Source: Anaeramoeba ignava BMAN
Taxonomy: Eukaryota; Protista; Anaeramoebae
Length of the DNA: 64,000 nucleotides
Assembly (NCBI GenBank): GCA_028826165.1
Contig: JAPDFW010000124.1
Location: 1-64,000 of the forward strand
Direction: 5' to 3'
The notes under the pieces are model-generated. The model ran no database searches, was not told the origin of the DNA, and saw nothing but the letters and a program-made list of their open reading frames with translations. Positions within the stretch are counted from its first letter, which is position 1. Each line of letters opens with the position of its first letter. This document shows, one piece after another, positions 1 to 13,306 of the stretch. Made by a program: the position numbers and the translations under genes.

Positions 1-3000
1 TCAAAATGAAATCAAAATCAAACAGAAAATCAAGAAAATCGAACAAACAGAAAATTTGTTTTTGCTTTTCTTCCTGAAGATATTGCACAAGAAAAATCCT
101 TCAACAAGAAAATAGAAAAAAATCCACATTCAACCTCAACAAAATGCTTATGGATAATGCAGCATTTTGTTGCTTCTTTACCCTCAGATCTTCGAAGAGA
201 AGTTTATTTGACTTGTGAGCGAAACATTCTTGGCATCTCTTCCCTCACATTTGCAGTAGCACAAACTGTTAGAGAAGTTAACTTCAGAAATCCTTTTTGG
301 ATTATCAAGTCAATCAATGAAATCCAAAATGAAAAATATGAAAAGTATCATGAAAATGCAAATGTTATAAACGACCATGAAAAACAAACAAATAGAAGAA
401 AATGAATAAAGAACCACCATTAATGTTAAATGAAATCTGGAATCCAAAATATCACAAATGCTATATAAGATTAATTTCTGATCTATCTTCAAAAAGAATC
501 AAATTTATTGAAAAGATTTTTAAGACATTTATGTATTCATAATATTTCTCGAGAAAATTTACTTGAAATTTTATTATCTGTTTTGGGATGTTCTGATAAA
601 GATTTGATGATATTGGTATCAAAAGGTTCAATTCATCAAGAAACTTTTTCAAATATTTACAACTGAAAATGAATTTATTAAAAATATTGATTCTCAACTT
701 AGAAAATAATAGTGATAATATTGATAAACAAATAATAATAACAATAATATTCAAATTGAAGAAAAGAAAATGAAAAAGTAATTTCAAATCAAGTTATTGT
801 GTGGTCAAGTTTTGGATTATCTTATTTATCTTTCCCAAATTAAATCTGTTTGTGATTTTCTAATTAAAGAAAGTTCTGAAATTCAAACATCAAAAGAAAA
901 TATAATTTCAAATCAAGAAAATCAAGAAAATCAATTAAATGATTCTCAACTTTCTCCATTTGCTAAATTAATGAATTTATTTACAAAAACCAGCATTTTC
1001 TTCAACTCTCAAGAAATGTTAGTTTCTAAATTATTAATTTTCCTTTCAAAAATAATTTCTCATTTCACAAAGAAAAGAAAACAAAAACAAGAAGAAGAAA
1101 AAAGAAAAGAAAAAGTTGAAGAGAAAAAGAAGAAGAGAAATTGAAGAAGAAAGTTGAAGAAATTCAATTCCTTATATTCCTCCAAATTATTTAAAATCAT
1201 TCGTTAATGTTTTACTTATTGATAATTTACAAAAACCAGAATTTGATAAATTACAATGATAATTTTAGAAGGAGTTCACAAAATTTACAAAATCGAAAAA
1301 TCCTCATTTCAAAATTCATTCATGTTTCAATAGATTATCAACAATTCTACAAGAAACTTGAAAAATATCAACAAGATTTACATGAAGCAGTTGAAAAACT
1401 AAAAAGATTTACCAACATTTTCTCAACACACAAAAATTAGAAAACAAATTTCCTTCGAGTTATAAAAACACTTGATTCAATAATAACCAAAATAGATTTT
1501 CTGATGAAGATTTAGATAAAGAAATATCAAATCAAGATCCAAAATTAGAATCTGAAAAACAAGAATATTATATCAATTATATCAGATCTCAATTAAAATT
1601 TGAAGAACTTTGGAAAATTTTGAATGATTGTTTGTATTCAATTCTTCAAATACAAAACAATGCAGCACCAAAAATTGAGAAGAAAGAAAATCAAAAATCA
1701 CACTTACAAGAGAAAGATCAAGAAATCAACCAAGAAATCCATTTTCATTTTATTCAGATTCATTTGAAGAAGATTATGATAGAGCAAGAGAACCACAATA
1801 TATCAAAAGAACAACCACAACAACAATGAAATTAATTGAACCACTTCTTTCACTTATTGAAATTTTCTTTATTTTAAATGGACCAAAAAACAACGTGAAG
1901 AAAAAGAAGAAAAAAAGAAGAAAAAAGAAGAAGAAAAGAAAAAGAAAAGAAAAGAATTATTTGAATCTCTTGTATTAACATCATCTCATTCTTATACTAA
2001 TCTTGATAATTTATCACCAGATATTTTCACTAGTTTTGTAAATACACATCGTAAATTAATCAATGATCTTATTCATGATAATCCATCTCTTCTCAATACT
2101 TCATTCAGTAGATTGAAAATACACCTAAATTACTTGATTTTGATAATAAAAGGAAATATTTTCTTTGAAAAATACAAGAACCAGATAAATAATCGATATT
2201 ATCATGGAAGAGTATCATTATCAGTGAGAAGACAGCATGTATTAGAAGATACATTCCATCAACTTCGCCACAGAAAATTAGAGGAATTAAAATCACCATT
2301 TAGAGTTCAATTCACAGGAGAAGAAGCAGTTGATATAGGAGGAGTTACACGAGATTGGTATTCAACATTAACAAAAGCAATGTTCAATCCTGGATATGCT
2401 TTATTCACACCTACAAACAAGAAGGATTCAACATATCAACCAAATCGATTTTCATATATAAATCCTGATCATCTTGACTATTTCAATGTAATTGGAAAAG
2501 TAATAGGAAAAGCAATACGAGATGGAGTTTATTTGGATGCTTATTTTACTCGTTCATTTTATAAACACATGCTTAAAATACCAGTTACTTATCATGATAT
2601 GGAAGCTATTGATAATGAATATTATAAAAATCTTAAATGGATGCTTGAAAATGATATCACTGATGTTCTTGATCTAACTTTTTCAGCTGATTTTGATGAA
2701 CTTGGACAATCCACTATTGTTGACTTAATTCCTAATGGAAGAAATATTCAAGTGAATGAAGAAAATAAAAGAGAATATGTTAAATTGATTTGCGAGCTCA
2801 AAATGACAAAAAGCAATCCAAATTCAAACCGATTCTTTTCTTCAAGGGTTTTATTCCATAATCCACGAAATGATTTCTATTTTGATGAAAATGAACTTGA
2901 ATTATTGATTTCGGGTCTTCCAACTATTGATATAAAAGATCTAAAAGAAAACATTGTTTATCAAGGATATACAGCTTCAAGTCAAGAAATCAAATGGTTT

Positions 3001-3276
3001 TGGGAAATTGTTGAATCTTTTGATCAAGAAGAAAGAGCTAAACTTCTTCTTTTTATTACTGGAACTTCTAAAGTTCCTCTTGATGGATTTTCTGCTCTTC
3101 AAGGAATGCATGGTTTACAAAAACTTCAAATTCATAGAACTAGAGATACTGAAAGACTTCCTACTGCTCATACTTGTTTTAATCAACTTGATTTACCTGA
3201 ATATCAAAATTCTCAACTTATGAGAGAAAGATTACTTTATGCTATTAATGAAACAAAAGGTTTTGGTTTTGTTTAA
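1..3276 (+). CDS. 3' part of a HUWE1/Tom1-like HECT E3 ubiquitin ligase (5' end outside the window; several frameshifts)
   Basis: The 2113-3276 ORF has a full HECT domain (F.GEEAVDIGGVTRDW, YFTRSFYKHML, FITGTSKVPLDGF, catalytic LPTAHTCFNQLDLP, C-terminal GFGFV). Upstream fragments include a HUWE1-type UBM-like motif (FVASLPSDLRREVYL, ~165-210) and a pre-HECT segment (FVNTHRKLINDLI..NPSLL, ~2030-2100). Confidence 0.9.
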
Positions 3277-3282
3277 TTTAAA

Positions 3283-3665
3283 AAACAAACAAAACAAACA
3301 AAACAAACAAACAAACAAACAAACAAACAAACAAACAAACAAACAAACAAACAAAAAAACAAACAAACAAACAAACAAACAAACAAACAAACAAACAAAC
3401 AAACAAACAAACAAACAAACAAACAAACAAACAAACAAACAAACAAACAAACAAACAAACAAACAAACAAACAAACAAACAAACAAACAAACAAACAAAA
3501 CAAACAAACAAACAAACAAACAAACAAACAAACAAACAAACAAACAAACAAAAACAAAACAAACAAACAAACAAACAAACAAACAAACAAACAAACAAAC
3601 AAACAAACAAACAAACAAACAAACAAACAAACAAACAAACAAACAAAAAACAAACAAACAAACAA
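3283..3665 (+). repeat. (AAAC)n microsatellite, ~380 bp, directly after the HECT stop codon
   Basis: Near-perfect AAAC tandem read directly. Confidence 0.97.
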
Positions 3666-3858
3666 AAAAAAACTTTTTTTTTGCCTTCTTTTTTCTTTTT
3701 TTAAATTCAAAAAATTAAAAATTAAAAAAATAAAATTTTTTTTTCCATTTTTTTATTTTAATAAAAACACTAAAACAAACACAAACACAAACACAAACAC
3801 ACAAACAAACAAACACACAAATACACAAATACACAAACAAACACACAAACAAACAAAA

Positions 3859-6800
3859 ATGAACAATCATCAAGTTGATCAAGTTAATAAAGATAATAAA
3901 GAGAATAAAGATAATAAAGATAATAAAGATAATAAAGATAATAAAGATAATAAAGATAATAAAGATATTAAAGATAATAAAGATAATAAAGATAATAAAG
4001 ATATTAAAGATAATAAAGATAATAAAGATAATAAAGATAATAAAGATAATAAAGATAATAAAGATAATAAAGATAATAAAAGATAATAAAGTAAAGATAA
4101 TAAAGATATTAAAGATAATAAAGATAATAAAGATATTAAAGATATTTAAAGATATTAAAAGATAATAAAGATAATAAAGATAATAAAGATAATAAAAGAT
4201 AATAAAAGATAATAAAAGATAATAAAAAGATAATAAAGATAATAAAGATATTAAAGATATTCGAGATATTAAAAGATATTAAAGATAATAAAAGATAATA
4301 AAGAGATAATAAAAAAAAGATAATAAAAAGATAATAAAGATAATAAAAGATAATAAAGATATTCAAGATATTAAAGATATTAAAGATACCAAAAGATATT
4401 AAAAGATATTCAAGATAAAGATAATAAAAGATATTAAAGATAATAAAGATAATAAAGATAACAAAGCAATAAAAAAAGATAATAAAAAGATAATAAAGAT
4501 AATAAAGATAATAAAAAGATAATAAAGATAATAAAGATAATAAAGATAATCAAGATAATAAATTAAGATAATAAAGATAATAAAGATATTAAAGATAATA
4601 AAGATAATAAAGATAATAAAAGATAATAAAGATATTAAAAGATAATAAAGATAATAAAGATAATAAAGATAATAAAGATAATAAAGATAATAAATTAAAG
4701 ATAATAAAGATAATAAAGATAATAAAGATAATAAAGATAATAAAGATAAAAAGATAATAAAAGATAATAAAAGATAATAAAAGATAATAAAAGATAATAA
4801 AGATAATAAAGATATTAAAGATATTAAAAGATAATAAAGATATTAAAGATATTAAAAGATAATAAAGATAATAAAAGATAACAAAGATATTAAAGAAGAT
4901 AAAAAGATAATAAAAGATAAAAAAAAATAATAAAGATAAAAAGATAATAAAGATATTAAAGATAATAAAGATAATAAAAGATAATAAAAGATAATAAAGA
5001 TAATAAAGATAATAAAGATAATAAAGATAATAAAGATAATAAAGATAATAAAGATAATAAAGATATTAAAGATATTAAAGATATTAAAGATAATAAAGAT
5101 AATAAAGATAATAAAGATATTAAAGATATTAAAGATATTAAAGATAATAAAGATAATAAAGATAATAAAGTTAATAAAGATATTAAAGATAATAAAGATA
5201 ATAAAGTTAATAAAGATAATAAAGTTAATAAAGATAATAAAGATAATAAAGATAATAAAGATATTAAAGATAATAAAGATATTAAAGATAATAAAGATAA
5301 TAAAGATATTAAAGATAATAAAGATAATAAAGATATTGAAGAGATTGAAGATATTTGGCAAATGATTGAAGAAAACAATTTCCAAGAATTAAAAGAAATT
5401 GAAACAATTCCAGAAAATCAATTAATAAAAGAACAAAAACCAATTTTACATTTTGCAATAGAAAAACAAGTTTCAAAAGAAATAATTCAACTTTTAATTT
5501 CAAAAGGTGCAAATCTAAATTTAATTGATGATAAAAGAAGAAATTCATTACATATTGCATGTTTAAATCCAAATATTTCACTTCAAATTATTAAATATTT
5601 AATTTCAAAAGGAATTGATATTAATTCAAAAACAAATCAAAATGAAACAATTTTACATATTGCATGTTTAAATCCAAATATTTCACTTGAAATTATTAAA
5701 TATTTAATTTCATCAGGAATTGATATTAATTCAAAAACAAATCAAAATGAAACAACTTTACATTATAAATGTCAAAATCCAAATATTTCACTTGAAATTA
5801 TTAAATATTTAATTTCATCAGGAATTGATATTAATTCAAAAGCAAAACTAAATGAAACAGTTTTACATTATGCATGTTTAAATCCAAATATTTCACTTGA
5901 AATTATTAAATATTTAATTTCATCAGGAATTGATATTAATTCAAAAACAAATCAAAATGAAACAATTTTACATTATGGATGTTTAAATACAAATATTTCA
6001 CTTGAGATTATTGAATATTTAATTTCATCAGGAATTGATATTAATTCAAAAACAATTTATAATGAAACAGCTTTACATTTTGGATGCTTAAATCCAAATA
6101 TTTCACTTGAAATTATTAAATATTTAATTTCATCAGGAATTGATATTAATTCAAAAACAAATCGAAATGAAACAGCTTTACATTATGCATGTCAAAATTC
6201 AAATATTTCATTTGAAATTATTAAATATTTAATTTCATCAGGAATTGATATTAATTCAAAAACAAATCAAAATGAAACAATTTTACATAATGCATGTTTA
6301 AATCCAAATATTTCACTTGAAATTATTAAATATTTAATTTCATCAGGAATTGATATTAATTCAAAAACAAAATCAAAATGAAACAGCTTTACATTATGCA
6401 TACAAAAATCAAAATATTTCCATTGAAATTATTGAATATTTAATTTTAAAAGGAATTGATATTAATCCAAAAACAAAACAAAATAAAGAAGTTTTGGATT
6501 ATTTTTGCAATAATTCAACAAATGAAATTATTAAATATTTAATTTCATCAGGAATTGATATTAATTCAAAAACAAATCAAAATTTAACAATTTTACATTA
6601 TGCATGTTTAAATCCAAATATTTCACTTGAAATTATTAAATATTTAATTTCATCAGGAATTGATATTAATTCAAAAACAAATCAAAATGAAACAGTTTTA
6701 CATTATGCATGTTTAAATCCAAATATTTCACTTGAAATTATTAAATATTTAATTTCAAAAGGAATTGATATTAATTCAAAAACAAATCAAAATGAAACAG

Positions 6801-9800
6801 TTTTACATAATGCATGTTTAAATCCAAATATTTCACTTGAAATTATTAAATATTTAATTTCATCAGGAATTGATATTAATTCAAAAACAAATCAAAATGA
6901 AACAATTTTACATTATGCATGTTTAAATCCAAATATTTCACTTGAAATTATTAAATATTTAATTTCATCAGGAATTGATATTAATTCAAAAACAAATTGG
7001 GATGAAACAGCTTTACATTATGCATGTTTAAATCCAAATATTTCACTTGAAATTATTAAATATTTAATTTCATCAGGAATTGATATTAATTCAAAAACAA
7101 ATCAAAATGAAACAGCTTTACATTATGCATACAAAAATCAAAATATTTCACTTGAAATTATTGAATATTTAATTTCAAAAGGAATTGATATTAATTCAAA
7201 AACAAGTCAAAATGAAACAATTTTACATATTGCATGTTTAAATCCAAATATTTCACTTGAAATTATTAAATATTTAATTTCATCAGGAATTGATATTAAT
7301 TCAAAAACAATTTATAATGAAACAGTTTTACATTATGCATGTCAAAATCAAAATCCAAATATTTCAGTTGAAATTATTAAACATTTAATTTCATCAGGAA
7401 TTGATATTAATTCAAAAACAAGTCAAAATGAAACAGCTTTACATTCTACATGTTTAAATACAAATATTTCACTTGAAATTATTAAATATTTAATTTCATC
7501 AGGAATTGATATTAATTCAAAAACAAATAAAAATGAAACAGCTTTACATATTGCATGTAAAAATGAAAATATTTCACTTCCAATTATTAAATATTTAATT
7601 TCAAAAGGAATTGATATTAATTCAAAAACAAATCAAAATGAAACAATTTTACATATTGCATGTTTAAATCCAAATATTTCACTTGAAATTATTAAATATT
7701 TAATTTCATCAGGAATTGATATTAATTCAAAAACAAATCAAAATGAAACAACTTTACATTATAAATGTCAAAATCCAAATATTTCACTTGAAATTATTAA
7801 ATATTTAATTTCATCAGGAATTAATATTAATTCAAAAACAAATCAAAATGAAACAATTTTACATAATGCATGTTTAAATCCAAATATTTCACTTCCAATT
7901 ATTAAATATTTAATTTCATCAGGAATTGATATTAATTCAAAAACAAATCAAAATGAAACAATTTTACATTATGGATGTTTAAATACAAATATTTCACTTG
8001 AGATTATTGAATATTTAATTTCATCAGGAATTGATATTAATTCAAAAACAATTTATAATGAAACAGTTTTACATTATGCATGTTTAAATCCAAATATTTC
8101 ACTTGAAATTATTAAATATTTAATTTCATCAGGAATTGATATTAATTCAAAAACAAATCAAAATGAAACAGCTTTACATTATGCATACAAAAATCAAAAT
8201 ATTTCCATTGAAATTATTGAATATTTAATTTCAAAAGGAATTGATATTAATCCAAAAACAAAACAAAATAAAGAAGTTTTGGATTATTTTTGCAATAATT
8301 CAACAAATGAAATTATTAAATATTTAATTTCATCAGGAATTGATATTAATTCAAAAACAAATCAAAATTTAACAATTTTACATTATGCATGTTTAAATCC
8401 AAATATTTCACTTGAAATTATTAAATATTTAATTTCATCAGGAATTGATATTAATTCAAAAACAAATCAAAATGAAACAGTTTTACATTATGCATGTTTA
8501 AATCCAAATATTTCACTTCCAATTATTAAATATTTAATTTCAAAAGGAATTGATATTAATTCAAAAACAAATCAAAATGAAACAGCTTTACATATTGCAT
8601 GTAAAAATCCAAATATTTCACTTGAAATTATTAAATATTTAATTTCATCAGGAATTGATATTAATTCAAAAACAAATCAAAATGAAACAGTTTTACATAA
8701 TGCATGTTTAAATCCAAATATTTCACTTGAAATTATTAAATATTTAATTTCATCAGGAATTGATATTAATTCAAAAACAAATAAAAATGAAACAGTTTTA
8801 CATTATGCATGTTTAAATCCAAATATTTCACTTGAAATTATTAAATATTTAATTTCATCAAGAATTGATATTAATTCAAAAACAAATAAAAATGAAACAG
8901 TTTTACATTTTGCATGTAAAAATCCAAATATTTCACTTGAAATTATTAAATATTTAATTTCAAAAGGAATTGATATTAATTCAAAAACAAATCAAAATGA
9001 AACAGCTTTACATATTGCATGTTTAAATCCAAATATTTCACTTGAAATTATTAAATATTTAATTTCATCAGGAATTGATATTAATTCAAAAACAAATCAA
9101 AATGAAACAGCTTTACATATTGCATGTAAAAATCAAAATATTTCACTTGAAATTATTGAATATTTAATTTCATCAGGAATTGATATTAATTCAAAAACAA
9201 ATCAAAATGAAACAGTTTTACATTATGCATGTAAAAATCCAAATATTTCACTTCAAATTATTAAATATTTAATTTCAAAAGGAATTGATATTAATTCAAA
9301 AACAAATCAAAATGAAACAGCTTTACATTTGCATGTTTAAATCCAAATATTTCACTTGAAATTATTGAATATTTAATTTCAAAAGGAATTGATATTAATT
9401 CAAAAACAAATCAAAATGAAACAGTTTTACATTATGCATGTAAAAATCCAAATATTTCACTTGAAATTATTAAATATTTAATTTCATCAGGAATTGATAT
9501 TAATTCAAAAACAAATCAAAATGAAACAGCTTTATATTATGCATACAAAAATCAAAATATTTCATTTGAAATTATTGAATATTTAATTTTAAAAGGAATT
9601 GATGTTAATCCAAAAACAAAATAAAAATAAAAATTTTTTTTGGATTATTTTTTAAATAGAAAATATTTCAAATGAAATTATTAAATATTTAATTTCATCA
9701 GGAATTGATATTAATTCAAAAACAAACAAAATGAAACAGCTTTACATATTGCATGTTTAAATCCAAATATTTCACTTGAAATTATTAAATATTTAATTTC

Positions 9801-12800
9801 AAAAGGAATTGATATTAATTCAAAAACAAATCAAAATGAAACAATTTTACATTATGCATGTAAAAATCCAAATATTTCATTTGAAATTATTGAATATTTA
9901 ATTTCATAAGGAATTGATATTAATTCAAAAACAAATCAAAATGAAACAGCTTTACATTATGCAAAAACCAAATATTTCACTTGAAATTATTAAATATTTA
10001 ATTTCAAAAGGAATTGATATTAATTCAAAAACAAATCAAAATGAAACAGCTTTACATTATGCATGTCAAAATCCAAATATTTCACTTGAAATTATTAAAT
10101 ATTTAATTTCAAAAGGAATTAATATTAATTCAAAAACAAAACAAAATGAAACAGCTTTACATTATGCATACAAAAATCAAAATATTTCATTTGAAATTAT
10201 TGAATATTTAATTTTAAAAGGAATTGATGTTAATCCAAAAACAAAACAAAATAAAGAAGTTTTGGATTATTTTTGCAATAATTCAACAAATGAAATTATT
10301 AAATATTTAATTTCAAAAGGAATTGATATTAATTCAATAACAAAACAAAATGAAACAATTTTACATATTGCATGTTTAAATCCAAATATTTCACTTCCAA
10401 TTATTAAATATTTAATTTCATCAGGAATTGATATTAATTCAAAAACAAATCAAAATAAAACAGTTTTACATTATACATGTAAAAATCCAAATATTTCATT
10501 TGAAATTATTAAATATTTAATTTCAAAAGGAATTGATATTAATTCAAAAACAAATCAAAATGAAACAATTTTACATAATGCATGTTTAAATCCAAATATT
10601 TCACTTGAAATTATTAAATATTTAATTTCATCAGGAATTGATATTAATTCAAAAACAAATCAAAATGAAACAGCTTTACATATTGCTTGTCAAAATCAAA
10701 ATATTTCACTTGAAATTATTAAATATTTAATTTCATCAGGAATTGATATTAATTCAAAAACAAATCAAAATGAAACAGTTTTACATATTGCATGTCAAAA
10801 TCAAAATATTTCACTTGAAATTATTGAATATTTAATTTCATCAGGAATTGATATTAATTCAAAAACAAATCAAAATGAAACAGTTTTACATATTGCATGT
10901 CAAAAATCCAAATATTTCACTTGAAATTATTGAATATTTAATTTCATCAGGAATTGATATTAATTCAAAAACAAATCAAAATGAAACAGTTTTACATATT
11001 GCATGTTTAAATCCAAATATTTCATTTGAAATTATTAAATATTTAATTTCATCAGGAATTGATATTAATTCAAAAACAAATCAAAATGAAACAATTTTAC
11101 ATATTGCATGTTTAAATCCAAATATTTCACTTGAAATTATTAAATATTTAATTTCATCAGGAATTGATATTAATTCAAAAACAAATCAAAATGAAACAGT
11201 TTTACATATTGCATGTAAAAATCCAAATATTTCACTTGAAATTATTAAATATTTAATTTCATCAGGAATTGATATTAATTCAAAAACAAATCAAAATGAA
11301 ACAGTTTTACATATTGCATGTAAAAATCAAAATATTTCACTTGAAATTATTGAATATTTAATTTCATCAGGAATTGATATTAATTCAATAACAAAAGAGA
11401 AAAAGAAAACAGCTTTACATTATGCTTGCAAACAGAAAAATATTTCATTTGAAATTATTGAATATTTAATTTCAAAAGGAATTAATATTAATTCAAAAAC
11501 AAATAAAAATTTAACAATTTTACATTATGCATGTTTAAATCCTAATATTTCACTTGAAATTATTGAATATTTAATTTCATCAAGAATTGATATTAATTCA
11601 AAAACAAATAAAAATGAAACAGTTTTACATTATACATGTCAAAATCAAAATATTTCACTTGAAATTATTAAATATTTAATTTCTTCAGGAATTGATATTA
11701 ATTCAAAAACAAATAAAAATGAAACAATTTTACATTATGCATGTAAAAATTCAAGTATTTCAGTTGAAATTATTAAATATTTAATTTTCAAAAGGAATTG
11801 ATATTAATTCAAAAACAAATCAAAATGAAACAGTTTTACATATTGCATGTAAAAATCCAAATATTTCACTTGAAATTATTGAATATTTAATTTCAAAAGG
11901 AATTGATATTAACTCAAAAACAAATCAAAATTTAACAATTTTACATATTGCATGTTTAAATTCAAGTATTTCACTTGAAATTATTGAATATTTAATTTCA
12001 TCAGGAATTGATATTAATTCAAAAACAAATAAAAATGAAACAGTTTTACATATTGCATGTAAAAATTCAAGTATTTCACTTGAAATTATTGAATATTTAA
12101 TTTCAAAAGGAATTGATATTAATTCAAAAACAAATAAAAATGAAACAGCTTTACATTCTACATGTTTAAATCCAAATATTTCATTTGAAATTATTAAATA
12201 TTTAATTTCATCAGGAATTGATATTAATTCAAAAACAAATCAAAATGAAACAGCTTTACATATTGCATTGAAAAATAAATATCCAAATAAAATTATTAAA
12301 TATTTAATTTCATCAGGAATTGATATTAATTCAAAAACAAATAAAAATAAAACAGCTTTATATTATGCATGTCAAAATAAAAATATTTCACTGATGAAAT
12401 TATTGATGATTAATGGTGGAAATGTTTTTGATTTGAAAGAAAATGAAATTAATCAAGAAATGATTGATTTATTTCGAAAAATTTATTCATTTAATGAAGA
12501 TTTAAACAATTTTTTGAAATCAAATGAATTTAAAGATATTGAAATTAAATGTAATGATGGAGAAATAATCAAAGTTCATCATTTAATTCTCTTAACAAGA
12601 TTTGATAATAATCAAACAAATTTTAACAAGATTTATCAATATTTGCAGAAGAAAACCAAAAAAAGATATTCAATTAGCTTTAAATTTTCTTTATACTGGA
12701 TTTGTTAATTTTGATTATTTTCTTCAAAGATTTCAAAATTTAATCAATTTTAAAAATCAAATTAAAGAAAAGAAACAAATTCAAGATGAAAGAGAAAAAG

Positions 12801-13306
12801 AAAAAATGAAAGAAATTGAAATTGAAGAAATTGAAAAAGGATTAGCTTATGATTTATTTGAACAAACAGGATTTGATTCAAATTGGATTAAAGAAAAAGA
12901 AGGAATAAAAGGGATATTAAAAGATTTATCAAAATTATATCAACAAAATGAAACCAAAGATTTTACAATAATTTGTGAAGAAAAAGAAATTAAAGTTCAT
13001 AAATTAATATTACAAATAAGAAGTGAATTATTTAAAGGAATGTTTTTAAGTGTTAATGATACTTCAAATCAAGTTCATGATTATACAGGAAAATCATTTC
13101 AAACAATTCAAGAATTAATTTATTTTCTTTATCATGATAAAATTGATGAAACAAAATTAACAAAAGAAAATATTGAAGAATTTGTTGATTTAAAAGATTT
13201 TTATGAATTAAATCAAAATTCAATTTTAGGATCATATTTAGTTGATTTTTATTCTAAAAACATTTTCAATTCATCAAAAACAAAAAAAGAAGAAGAACAA
13301 AAATAA
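3859..13306 (+). CDS. Giant intronless ankyrin-repeat + tandem BTB/POZ protein, with an N-terminal (NKD)n tract, ~65 35-aa ankyrin repeats and two BTB-like domains; broken by frameshifts
   Basis: ATG at 3859 leads into (AATAAAGAT)n, and the last stretch of that tract reads in frame into the 5362 ORF. The 105-bp repeats encode NETxLHxACxNxNISLEIIKYLISxGIDINSKTxx. The C-terminus has FKDIEIKC..IKVHHLILLTR and KDFTIICEEKEIKVHKLILQIRSELFKGMF (BTB). The start could instead be at 5362. Confidence 0.85.
3884..5338 (+). repeat. 9-bp (AATAAAGAT/ATTAAAGAT)n minisatellite with 10-11-bp variants
   Basis: Read directly; encodes (NKD/IKD)n in the gene frame. Confidence 0.95.
5545..12380 (+). repeat. Coding tandem array of 105-bp ankyrin units (~65 copies)
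   Basis: Recurring GGAATTGATATTAATTCAAAAACAAATCAAAATGAAACA at ~105-bp spacing. Confidence 0.95.

Noticed and set aside
2805-2885. Odd segment KSNPNSNRFFSSRVLFHNPRNDFYF inside the HECT domain
   Set aside because: The adjacent frame reads AIQIQTDSFLQGFYSII..., the expected HECT sequence. These are compensating indel errors, not a novel insertion.
3232-5385. ORFs of (FVCL)n, (KQTN)n, (IIK)n, (SLL)n, (IIF)n
   Set aside because: These are alternative-frame or antisense readings of microsatellites, not genes. The same applies to the ILIL/KIKI/NFNF ORFs at 16232, 19380, 20081, 26691, 30320, 39624 and 44408.
5545-12380. CRISPR-like repeat/spacer appearance of the 105-bp array
   Set aside because: The whole unit is conserved and codes for ankyrin repeats; there are no unique spacers or cas genes, and the context is eukaryotic.
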